DNA of 63,993 bases, the filler included, from Basidiobolus ranarum (taxonomy: Eukaryota), in assembly GCA_040143965.1 (NCBI GenBank). It is 4 parts of 4 records of this genome, joined end to end, with 100 filler letters (N's around TTAATTAATTAA, not from the genome) between each part and the next. Parts side by side here need not be neighbours in the genome. Positions count along the whole stretch, not along the records: positions 1 to 16,178 come from JASJQH010000351.1; positions 16,279 to 32,424 come from JASJQH010000352.1; 2 more parts are not named here. One strand, written 5' to 3'. Positions 11,324 through 23,060 of this stretch are shown piece by piece. The notes below the pieces were generated by a model that saw nothing but the letters and a program-made list of their open reading frames with translations, did not search any database and was not told the DNA's origin. Numbering within the stretch: the stretch's first letter is position 1; each line of letters starts with the position of its first letter. The translations under genes and the position numbers were made by a program.

Positions 11324-12613
11324 ATGACTAGCTTTGCTACCTGTGACACTCAAGAAACCTCGGAGAATTCACTACCTAAATACACATTGAAGGAGGATTT
11401 TATACGCAAAACTCCATTCAGGCGTAGAGTAAACTCGTGCAGAGAGAGACCAAAAAGTTGTCCAACATTTAACCGAAAGATTCCGAAGCAATTCGAAGGT
11501 ATTGAAATAATATTTCTTTAAAACTTCCTAACCAGTACAAGGAACTGTCTGTTTGCTTCCATTTACCTTTGAAATTCACAAACTCATCTTAATAGATCCA
11601 CAACAACCTTCTAAAAAAACCCGCGAAAAACAGAAAAGTCGATGGGAAAGTACCAAGCCTAAAAAAGAGAATAAAGAAGATGAAAGTTCCAATTTCAAGC
11701 GAAAACCCTCCTCAAAAGACAAGTATTCTTGTCGAAAAGTAGCACCCATGTAAGTTATGTTTGAAACACTACTAGCATAGTTCATGTAGTACTTATCATT
11801 TTTGACTAAATTTTCAACTGTATATTTTGTAGTCGTCTCAGTCAAGGGGTTATCAGTTATGGTTATCAATTGTACCTTGTATACAACGGTCTATACATCT
11901 TAATACGTTCTTGTAATTTTTCACTCCAACTACAATCCTTTGTACATTTAGTTTTTGCCCTTACCACAATTTACCACCTATGTTTCTTATTTGGCTCATT
12001 TGTATCTCCCAGACTTTTGCGCCTCGTTGTCCTTAATGGGACGCACTTTATCAACAGCTCACTATGGCTATGTGTCTGGATCGTCCCTTCAATTTATAAA
12101 CCTAGCGCTTTTATTGAGACGTATGGGCTGTCGGGGAATGAAGAAAAGCTTGCATTGTTAGGTTTTTCAAGGTATGGAAACTGGACTACCATTTGGATGC
12201 CAATCATTCACTGGTGCATTTTCTTATTTCTACAACGGAACCTCATGTCGATAATCTTCTGGGAACACGATGGTAACCTCAATACCAGGCAGCTTCTTCA
12301 ATATCGAGGATTCAACGCCACTTCATCACTCCTTGTGATACTGATATGGGAAGGGATCAGGCCCTTCTATTTGGAAAGTAAAAATTTCTTACTGATCCAA
12401 GGGTTGATTTCTTTCGATTTTAAGACAGACATATCTCAGTTCCCTGGATTCTTCACACCATCAGTTGTAAGTATTGGAGCAGGGTTCGCTTTGTTTTGGT
12501 GGTATAACTTCATGAGCTTTCAGTATGCGGGTATCGCTTGGCAAAAACCATTTCGAAGGGGAACTTTGTTCTTTTATGATCGTAGAAAGCTGGTATTTAG
12601 TGAGGTCTACTGA
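11324..12613 (+). CDS. Multi-pass membrane protein with basic N-terminal region (3 exons)
   Basis: Exons 11324-11498, 11596-11749 and 11833-12613 join in frame via GT-AG introns. The last exon encodes several hydrophobic helices. Confidence 0.7.
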
Positions 12614-13454
12614 GCCTGAGAGTTACCAGAGCTCAATCATTTCATTCAATTCCCGTCATACGTTTAACCTGGAGAGTCATACTTTATCAGACTCTTCCCC
12701 TATTCTATCTTAATTTTCACATACCTGTTCAACTCTGTATAGAGCCGTTGTATCATTTCGATCTTCTTGTGAAATACCAAGAGCCCTACATCCTCATCAT
12801 CTTACATTTACACACAGCTATACAACTATACATAACTCAGCAATGGGGTACTGTTCTTGTTTCTTCACTTTTCATTAGCTTTATTGTTACCATGATGTAT
12901 ATTCCCTAAAATAATCCTCTTCTCTCCTGTGGATAAACCCTCGTTGGTAAACAACAAACAAAATATCTTGGGTGAAATCATTGGAGAATAGCCATAGAAG
13001 CTACAATCCATTGCATGAAGTATAATATAATTGGCTTCTTACTCGTGGACGTATACTAGTTCTGATCAAAAGTGAATGACTTCAGGCAGAATTGAGCTTT
13101 GTACTCCAAGAATTGGCTGAGATATTAAGCTATGGATATGCACGTTTATTAGACATGAGTTATATAATGCACAATAATGAATTGGTTTCTGCTTTTCATG
13201 TTATTGAAGTGGATGAAGTACTATGGGCTTATCAATTGGGTTAATGAGTATCTAGAATTGATGAGCAAATTCCATTTTTGTAATGTAAAGGGGACAGGTT
13301 GGTTGATGTTAGCGATGATATCGAGAGTATTAAGTATGCTGTTTCGAAGATTCGACACCAACACGTTTGGTTTGGGTTGATGGGTGGTTTTTCAATGGAT
13401 TGAATGTGGACTGGATGGTTACTTCGGGATCTGCATGTTGGATGTTCTTTGGAT

Positions 13455-14960
13455 CTAATTTTGAGTTTCTGGTCAACGATCAAGTAAAATGAGAGTAGTA
13501 TTGATATGGAAACTCACCTAGGAATGCCTTAAATTGACGAGCAACATCCTCCAGTGTGGATGAAGCGTTTACCAAGTGGTATGGGAAATATTTTCCTAAT
13601 TCGGTTACGATTTAATTAATTCCGTGACTCTCAATGCAAGATTGAACATAATTACTTACCAAGCTCGGTTAACGCATGATAATGTTGCATAAACACCTGG
13701 TACCGTTTACGAACAATCTAAAAGGGAATATTGGTTGGTTTCATAGTCCCAGATAGATTTCATCGTGTGCTATCTTACCTCTTCATCAAAGTCCGTAGCT
13801 CGCTCTTCTAAAAGTTCCCCTGTACCAGCTTTTCTTACCTACAAGATCCTGGTTAGAATGCTGAAGAGGGTTATGAGACATACATTGTATCTAACCTTTT
13901 CATTGTGTTCACGTATTTGCCTTCCACGTTTCAATTGTCTAGCAATACTAATATCTTCATCGACATAGAGTACTGCTATGCTAAATTTTGGCATTCTAAA
14001 ATTCAAAAGTATAACTTGTTAGTAACATGGAGGATATACTGGAATTCATCTGAAATATAATCACTTGAATCGGTTCGCCATCGATGTATACTTGAATTGG
14101 TTGTGAAGCTCCACTAATTTCTCGTAGAATAGTTTTAAACAAGTAATTTGAACTTCTGTTCTAGGGAATCCGTCAATCAACACACCAGCGTTGGGGTTTC
14201 GATCAAGCAAAGCTCTAAACAGTGACTGGAGAACTTGGGAATCGTCTGATAAAAAATTGTTCAGCTAAACTTACTTCAAATATACATATTAATCAGACAA
14301 AGTACCGATCATTTTCCCCTGGTCTATGGATTTCTTCATTGCAGGTGAAGTTAAAAGTGAGCTCATGCAAACTGGGGAATTGGTGATCTTTCTAGCCTTA
14401 AGTATGAGTGGAGTATTAACACCTTTACCGGCACCAGGGGCACCTGAAATGGGATCTGATTAGTTAAAGTGGAGCTGGTTGGACTTTAACAAATATATTA
14501 CCCATTAACCAAACGATATCGGTAGGAATACTAATAGTAGCATAGTGAAAGAAATAGTTAATCAACGGATCATTAAATTTCAGGTTCAAGTTCAGGAGAT
14601 TCACCTCAGATTTTGTCTACCGTACTCTTTTTCCATATGACTCCAGGCTTCCTTAAAAGTCTCCTGGGCTGTTCTGTTATGATGTACGAGATTAGTGGAC
14701 GTTCAATGCAATGGTAAAGTGAAGTTTATAAGGTACTTGGGTGTGTTTATATTAGAAGTCTCCGGTTTACACGTCAGTGGAGTGGAGATATGATGCTCTA
14801 TAGAATAATCTTTCATGGTTTTGGAGTGAAGAGTGCAGGAACCCACACGTATTGGCGAGGCTTGTTTTGCTACATTGAACAGTCGAGACGTAATGACTTT
14901 AGGTCTATGTATAGCACACTTAGAGAGTGAAATGAGAAATGAAGGGGCCGTGCGGAACAT
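13455..14960 (-). CDS. Atypical adenylate kinase-family P-loop kinase, probably mitochondrial (multi-exon)
   Basis: Spliced translation: basic presequence MFRTAPSFLISLSK..., IPTDIVWLMGAPGAGKGVNT (P-loop), VLIDGFPRTEVQ, IAVLYVDEDISIARQLKRG, GTGELLEERATDFD, KRYQVF, YFPYHLVNA. The 3' end is approximate. Confidence 0.8.
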
Positions 14961-16178
14961 GGTGGTGTAACTTCTATGGGTTTGAGAATAACTACAGTGA
15001 AGCTCTACTTTGATAATAAGATACAAAAGATTATGTTGAAGCTGTCTAGAGTGCTTCTATCATAGATTCTATACTGTAGTAGTAAGAAGTAAAATTAGTC
15101 ACAAGCTTGAAGACTTGATAGAAAAGGAGTGCTCTCTTACGGTATGAGGAGAACTCGTGGATTAAAAACTGAACTTGCTTTGAATCAACGGTTGTTGAAA
15201 CAGTTACCGATCGAGAGCTTTTATGGACCCGTAAGTGATTCGGTGGAAGGGATAACTGACCGTTTAAATATGCCCTTCAATGCTGGATGCAAGCTACTCA
15301 TTGTGACTACTTTCAGGTAAACAATCCCATATATGAAACAAGAGTCACTGAGCCCATTTCCTTCATCAATTGTAAGCTTTAGCGTAGGGTAACCTGATCA
15401 TTATTTGGCCAATGATTCAGCAAACCTAAGGATACTCGTGGGTAAAAATTGAAGTATGAGGATTAATTAGGGAATGTCTTGATTCGTCAACAATCAATCT
15501 TGGGGTCTCAATCTCTAGGATGATTTTTAGAGGAATAAAATACGTATTCAAATATACATTATGAAGTAAATGGCCTAGTATAGAAGCAATAAGTGTATTC
15601 GATGGTCCCATATTAAGTCACATTAGAACCTTCTCTGGCAACGGCAAAGTCACACATCCACTGGTGGTCTTCAAATTCTATCATCAACAGCAACATGAAG
15701 CTCACATAACTGGTTAGAGCCTTGAGTTCTATTTGCTACATGCTGGGATTGCTGCTTTCTCAAAACTCAAGAGTACGGTCGCTAGCATGTGTTTTGGAAA
15801 ATCCTATGTCGACACCAATATTAATTGTGAGGGAATTTGCGCTGTTCAGGGGCTTGCAGAAAGTATATCTAGAAACATCTAGTTAAAAATGAATCCAACC
15901 ACCGACTGCGCATCATTGTTATGGAAATTCATTGCTACTTTCAGCCATTGAAGCGTATTTTTACCTGTTCTAAAGATGGTTTGGCCAGTGAAAATATGTC
16001 TGACTCAAATGAATCCTCTAATATCAATGGTTGAAGAATGCACATGATTCACAATTACTTCATGGTGGGAATTATGATCAAGATGCTCAACAATTTATAA
16101 CTTAATCAATTCTCGTAAACAATCTTGAATCTTATTGTAAGTGAACTCAATGATGTATGGAGCGGGCGGCGCCGGGGG

Positions 16179-16278
16179 NNNNNNNNNNNNNNNNNNNNNN
16201 NNNNNNNNNNNNNNNNNNNNNNTTAATTAATTAANNNNNNNNNNNNNNNNNNNNNNNNNNNNNNNNNNNNNNNNNNNN
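16179..16278. other. Artificial contig linker (N44-TTAATTAATTAA-N44)
   Basis: Six-frame stop spacer embedded in Ns; identical structure at all three gaps. Confidence 0.95.
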
Positions 16279-18200
16279 CTAATTTCCATTGTTGACAAAC
16301 CATTTTTACCTTTGTTACTCCCTCCCACTCCACTTAACAGTGTCTTAGATTCTACTGACTTAACTTTTCTGCTTTGCAACATTCATACACATATTCCTGA
16401 TCTCCATACATTAGTTAAGAAGCTACAAAAATAGTTATGGCTTCTTTGTTTTGTTTGAAATAAAGATTTCACCTTTTGGTGAATGTCTCCCCCCTAACTC
16501 CATTAAAAATACTGCTCCAGGCAAAGATTAGATTAGCTATGAGTTGCTGAAAGTTGCTCCTGCTTGCATAGCTTCCTTCTTGTTACCTTTGTGTGAGCAG
16601 TGTTGCTTGCAGCTTAGTATTCCTGAAAAGTGATATATAGCTAATGTTCTGCTTCTTTACAAGGGTAATGGCAAACACAGTGATCCTAAGACCTACAGAC
16701 CCATTTCATTGCTACATACTGTCTGGAAGATGTTTGAGCATCTCTTGGTGAAATCCATCCATGAGAGGCTTTCATGCTTTCACAACAGTCAATTTGGCTT
16801 CCTGCTTATGCTCTCCTTGAATGCAGCAGTAGGACTCATTGATGACAACACCTAGCAAAATCCACAAGCAGCTATTCTTTTTGGTATAACCAAAGCCTTT
16901 GCCTCAGTGGAGAGAGATCTGCCATGGAGAAGGCTACAGTCTTTGACTTCCAAGTCCTTCACAATGCTAGTAATGGCTATATATATTAAGATTAAAGCCA
17001 GAACCCTCAATCCTGAAACCTTTTCCTGCTTATACTTGGTGCCAAATGGTGTGGTGCATGGTTCAGTGCTAGATCCTCTGCTTTTTGTAATATTTGTTAA
17101 TGATTTTCCTCAGCTATCTCCTGAACGTCTGTTTACTTTATTTGCTGACAATATCACAGTTTCTACTTCTCAGCCTCAGCAGGATTCTGCTACAACTCAG
17201 AGGTATGCATTGGAGGATAACTTGAAGTTTTCTACTGCCAAAATAATTCCACTTGGCTGTACTCTTTCCTTGTATGATGCTGAGCTCTCTCAAATGAACC
17301 ATACATCATATCTTGGCTTCCCATTTACTAAAATTGGCATTGATGTGAAGAAACACTTATCAATTAGAATTGCCTTCACTAAACAGGCTGTTCACAAGTT
17401 ACTTGTAGTTACACCTCCCAATACCAGTTACCATGGCTGCTCAAGACTTCTCAAGCAGTTTGTGATACCAGCTCTGGAATATGGAGTATATCTGCTCTGA
17501 CTCAACCTAAGAGACTGCCCTAAGCTTGACAGATTCATCAGCTACTCCCTCAGGCTGCTGATACCTGCTTTGCCTGAGACTCCCTATGATCATGTTCAGA
17601 ATGGAACATTTTGATTCTTCCTACATCATATTAGAGTAATGTTACTGAGGGCAAGAATTTTACTCCAGCTATGTGACTGGAGAAATCCACTGATCAAGAT
17701 GTGACTGGCCACACAATCTTCAAATCCACTACCATGCTGGAAACTGATATAAGATGACCCCCTTGTATCTGAACTAGTGTTACAACTGCATGAAACCAAG
17801 CAGCCTAAAATTGTTGCTATAGACTTCCAGCTAGATCTTTGGAAGCAATAGTGTGCCTCCATGACACCTTTCTTGATCCCCATTATTCCAAGTTGTTGTC
17901 CTATTGCCCATTTAGTTTGTACTGAGCATCTTGCTCTGTGCATGCCACCTTTGCCCCTGAACACTATGTTTACATCTTGAGAACTTGATTAAATTGATTA
18001 CCAAGTTGAGTATGGATATGATCCAGTCTTGTCACAATATCTGTGTAAATAAAGTTCACACCACTAGGTACTTTTCATCCCCCAATAGCATTTATCTTGT
18101 ACCATCACAATATCTTAGAAATTGATATCTTAAATCTAACTTTATTTAGATTAGTATATAAGCTACATAAAGTCCACACCACCTGGTGATTTTCACCCCC
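16279..18200 (+). mobile_element. Degenerate non-LTR (LINE-like) retrotransposon: RT domain, C-terminal Cys/His motif and 3' UTR
   Basis: APGKD*ISYELLK, YKGNGKHSDPKTYRPISLL, SQFGF, KAFASV, GVVHGSVLDPLLFVIFVND, LFADNI (decayed YADD), YLG and CCPIAHLVCTEHLALC. Multiple stops and frameshifts; 5' end cut by the contig edge. Confidence 0.9.
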
Positions 18201-18998
18201 GCCCTAAGATTCTGCAGTCTTACCAAAAGAGCAACCTGCCATAAGTGGTAGGATTATTTGGTTTTTTGTCAAAACAGATGATGTATTCCAACCAGGAATC
18301 AATCTGCTACTTTGAATTATATAGCATTAGATCCATGCATCCAGTAATTTACAGAATTGCCTGCAATATTCAGAATAAAGTAACAGATCTGGGGCCTTCA
18401 AGTTGTTATCATAGACAAAGCAATCTTGCATACTGAGGAAACTCTGGTATGTACTTGAATATATTATTGTTGGGCTATAACATAATGCCAACAGTTAAGT
18501 TTTAAATCTTGGGCTTACTCTTTCAAATCCTGTATTTAGTCATTAGCTGCGTTGTGCAGAGCTTCGGGATATATTTCTAGCCAACTATTACCAATATATC
18601 ATGAAGAGCAAAATGTAGAAATGTGGAGAATTACCATAGCATTTGTTAGCATTGGATATCGTTAATGGGCAGTAGTAGTTTATGGAAAGAAATGAGTCTA
18701 TATACTTAAGCTTTTAGGATATTATAAAATTTAGCTCTATTACGTGCTTCCTTCATTTCTGGTGCTCTTTGAGAAATATTATTGGCATAGTGATGTCATA
18801 TAAAGGTGAAGGTGACTGTGTGAATGTAAAGAGTATTCGACCCCCCATATACCCATTTCAGTATTACTATATCCTTTAAGCATTTTCCAGAGGCTTATGT
18901 TATTGAAAGAGCATGATTTATTTCAACAAAGTTTGCATTGTACGTATGCGAGTTTCATATACCTATTTCTGTCAAATTAATTGCTTTGAGGTTGGTCC

Positions 18999-20150
18999 TC
19001 AATCAAAGGAGTATCCCCATTCATGTTCATTTTTCACATAATCCATGACTTTCTTAGCGCTACGCTTCCATATATCATCATCTTCTGGGTACGCTTCGGC
19101 TAGTTTTTTCAAAGCTCGAACGCTTTTTATCACATGGGCAAGGACATCTTCGCTGTCTACTGCAGCTTGAGAGATCTGCACCCAAGCCTCGGTTGCATCT
19201 TTAGATAGGCTGCCTGTTGGATATTGACTTATATTCTCCCATGAGACTTTAGGACTCCTGACTGCAACATGCATTTGGAGCGTAGTTAGCCACATCAGGC
19301 GTAGCGCTCTAATTTGATCTTTCTTCATTAGCTGAGGGAGTATAGATCGAGTAGCATGCAGTCCAGTCAAGAGATGGCATAAGAAAAAGTTTGGGCGGTA
19401 CTGCGAGGATTGACCTAGAAATAACAAGGTGATTGCCTTTGAAAGCTCATGGACCCTTTCAGAATACTTACCATCCGGAAAACTAGGATCCCATGCCGCC
19501 AGGTACTCTCCTGTACACTCCACGTGTGTCTCATCAACTACTTTCAGAAGATTGGTATTTATATTGTATTCAGGAGTGATATCATTCAATCGAGAGTCAT
19601 CATTCATTTGTTCAAGAGTCTCTGTTAATGATTTAGATGTCGATTTAAACGCTACTGTGTCAATCAATTCACCATGAGAATCATACGCGAGAGTTGCAAA
19701 TGCCAGAGCTTCGGCTAGGACCATATCATTTCGAAATTCAACAGCATAGCCAAGGTGAATAAGAGGATGAACTATATGCCCACCTAGGCCCGGTAACAGC
19801 GTTGGTACATACTTCTGAAAAGCCCTATCAAAGCCAAGTTTCGAGACTTCTCCTTCAAAGAAATCCGTCAAGTCACGATAAGCTGAGTCGTTGCCATAGA
19901 AGTCTTGATAATTATGCTCAGTTATGCTATACTTTGACTCTGGCATCTTGGCCAGGTAAGTGGCAACAAGCTTCTCATATAATTCACGCATACGCTCCTC
20001 AGTGGCCCCCATATCGTATAGACTCCCTAATAGGTGGACCCCATGATTGTGCTTAAATGTTTCAAAGAATAAACCGTAATCCTGATGATTCCGAATAATT
20101 AATTCTTCAAAGGCTTTCTTAGCATTGTCGCAGGTAGAAGTAGAGGTCAT
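18999..20150 (-). CDS. Questin oxidase-like / AflY-HypA (DUF4243) oxidoreductase
   Basis: HNHGVHLLGSLYDMGA, HPLIHLGYAVEF, LAEALA, FFLCHLLTGLHA and HVIKSVRAL motifs. Intronless; likely start MTSTST at 20150. Confidence 0.85.
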   Translation of the reverse strand: MTSTSTCDNAKKAFEELIIRNHQDYGLFFETFKHNHGVHLLGSLYDMGATEERMRELYEKLVATYLAKMPESKYSITEHNYQDFYGNDSAYRDLTDFFEGEVSKLGFDRAFQKYVPTLLPGLGGHIVHPLIHLGYAVEFRNDMVLAEALAFATLAYDSHGELIDTVAFKSTSKSLTETLEQMNDDSRLNDITPEYNINTNLLKVVDETHVECTGEYLAAWDPSFPDGKYSERVHELSKAITLLFLGQSSQYRPNFFLCHLLTGLHATRSILPQLMKKDQIRALRLMWLTTLQMHVAVRSPKVSWENISQYPTGSLSKDATEAWVQISQAAVDSEDVLAHVIKSVRALKKLAEAYPEDDDIWKRSAKKVMDYVKNEHEWGYSFD

Positions 20151-22714
20151 GATGTTGATTGAACTCTCTTTGAGCGCAATGAACACTCTATATAGTTGTG
20201 AATGTATGCGATGTTTGGTATACCAAAACCCTCTGGATGAAACATTAATGATGTGCAGGCCAATGAAGGGATGATAGCACATTAGTCAAGCCTAAACATT
20301 GAAGATCTTCGAGTCACATTAAACCTAGATGACGCTTCCTAAAATCCATTCGGCCCGAATCTTATGTTTGACCGATCAGAACTTGCATTAGTAATAGCCC
20401 TAACCTTACTAATCGTCACTTGATACTGTGTATCTGACTAATTGGAATATTGTTTAAGTCTCCGATCCTTCAAGATGAAAGCCGAAAGGAGTCGATCCGA
20501 GATCAAGGTGAGAGAGCCGAATATTACTTCGATGCAACTCCAATCATTCCTATTCTATGAAATAGATCATGGATTACTTGTAGCATGAGATTCATTAATC
20601 ATGTTCAAATTCTAGAAGCTAATTGAGATCAAATTAAAAGATAGCTTGAAGATTAACTGGTTTAGTATTTCGTTTGACAGCTATGAAAATATTTTCAATG
20701 GCCTAATAACTGAAGTAACACAACCCTTCAATCTCGTTTGAGTACCTTCTTATCTTTAATTCACTACCCTCCTTGACGCTCTGAGCTTCTTTCAAGTACA
20801 TGAACACGATGGCTTTTAGCAGCAATGTCTTTAGATGACATAGTATCCATCCATGTAACGGGACTGTACGCTACCTCAGAAACATAGACCTAATCATATT
20901 TATCATATTGCACTAAGCCGGCAAGTAACTAGAAAAATGAATCTCATCCATTGTAGATAGTAGAGATTTCAGTGAAGAGCGAATTGTGCTAGTTTTCGAG
21001 ATGGTCTCAGCAAAGGGTCTCCCCTTAAAAGTTAGCCAGCACATTCTCCCCAGATTCCATGCTAGCGGATTTTATATAAATACATGCAATGTTTGAATTA
21101 TTTTTTATCTGGCAGGTGTATGGTCGCATTTGGTATTACCTCTACATAGGTTGTCACTCGCTAGCTAGCTTTACCCAGACATCGTTTTGACTATACAGGG
21201 CGGCGGATCTTGTCATGATAAGAATAGCATCAGTCTAACTTGCCATTCATATATATAAGGATTCTCTATATTTCCATACCTCGATGCACTCTTGGCACTA
21301 CGCTCGACCACTGCTCCACCCGATCTAACATTGATGGTAACGAGTTGCTAAGAATATTGCAGAAAATCCAACCAATGGCATTGCACCAAACGTACAATCA
21401 TTCCAATCAATCTACAGATGAATATAACCTGACTTTTTCGCTGTTTGATTGTCAACATCTATGCTTAATACCCTATTAATCTTTATGACACAGAATCCAC
21501 CACTATTGTGTATGTTATATCAAAGCAACTTTATTCCGTAGTAGGCAACTTCTGGCAATACGCCTCCATAATTTTCTATATCTCACCAAGTTGTGGCCAT
21601 ATGCACCAAGTACTGCTACTGCACCTAACATCAGTCCTCTCGACAAATATTCAGCATTAATTTTCATTATTTTAGAGTTGCTTCTTGCCAAAAAAAAGCA
21701 CTGTTGTTGGAGCAGCGTCATATACTGTTTCCATATAGGGGCTATTTCGAGGACTTTGTGTGATCTTAGTGACAAGTTGGCCCAGCACTACGAATACACT
21801 ACTGGTACCTAATAGTTTTTAATGTTACTCGCCTTGTATACGGCATCACCATGTTCGATCCTATCTTCAGGGTTGCCAAACTTCTGATTAATGCAATCAA
21901 AAAGGTCATGGAGCACCTTTTACTTTACAATTCTTTTTTGTCAAGGACCTATTTGATTGCTCTTGCATTGAGATGTTGTAACATGCCAAATTTATGTTTC
22001 TGCGTATAATGTAGAATTTCCACACAGCTATTATAACCGATTTCTGACTTAGTACGTACATTATTGCTCGTATCGGATTCATCTTCTATGTACAGATTGT
22101 ATTGTAACTGACTCCCAACTCTCCTGAAGCAAGTTGTACTTCCCCCGGTTTGAGCATCGCCCTTATTGATTCTATCCACTTTAGACCTCGACATTCTTTG
22201 TATTGAATGACCAGTATAGCAACCACTCTCAATCAGTGAATGAATTAGTAATCATATTCTCATAAAACCAACAAAAACCCATGCCAAGCAATTTAATCCT
22301 TTAAGCTCGTGAGTAGATTCCGAATTAACGATATCTCAATACCAACTGCCTAGTAGGAGCAACTCGTGAAGTAACTCTCTATAGATTTGGCGGAATAGTA
22401 AGTGTTATAGTTAAACATATGTAGATAAAACAAGATTATGATGCGCAAACGCTCTTTTGGCTTCTCATGGATTCGACGAGAAAATCATGAATCTCAATGG
22501 CGTTCAGCGAAGCAAGGGTTAGGTAAAATGTTTATTATCAACTTAAGGATGACAAACGACAAAAGTTTTAGATGCACAGAAAAATGGATATGTATCCGTT
22601 GTGTGCATCATTTAACTGCAGTACAAATTTAACGAGATAAATGGATAGAGTAGATGACCAGGGATAAGTTTCGTTTCGAATATACTTGAGTTACTCTTTT
22701 GTTGGTTTCTTAGT

Positions 22715-23060
22715 TCAGAGAGGGCTCACAGACTTTCCAGTCTTCTTTATGGTATTGAATATATCTTCTTGGGAAGCTGTTCCTTGAACGATTACTGTTT
22801 GATCTTCCAAGGAGATATCTACTTTTTCTACGCCTAGAAAGGGGAAATGAATTAGGTTCGTCGTATCTAGCTTTCTTGTCATTAGCAGGGAGGCCTACCA
22901 TCCAATTTTTTGAGAACTCTATCAATGGCACCAGTGCAGCCGGAACAGGTCATTCCAACCTTGAACTTGTATGTTTGCTGAATTTTTTGGTATGAAACAG
23001 TGTGAGACTACAGAATAGAATGATGGGTGGCTTAACAATGGCACTTACCGATCCTGGCAT
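22715..23060 (-). CDS. ATX1: Copper chaperone Atx1 (HMA domain), 3 exons
   Basis: Exons 23060-23049, 22977-22899 and 22833-22715 splice to MPGSQTYKFKVGMTCSGCTGAIDRVLKKLDGVEKVDISLEDQTVIVQGTASQEDIFNTIKKTGKSVSPL*, containing the MTCxGC and KTGK signatures. Confidence 0.93.

Noticed and set aside
16160-16178. GC-rich tail GAGCGGGCGGCGCCGGGGG
   Set aside because: It forms the last bases of a contig and is most likely low-quality sequence.
16223-16234. TTAATTAATTAA as a biological palindrome or piggyBac site
   Set aside because: It sits inside N runs identically at all three gaps, so it is an assembly spacer.
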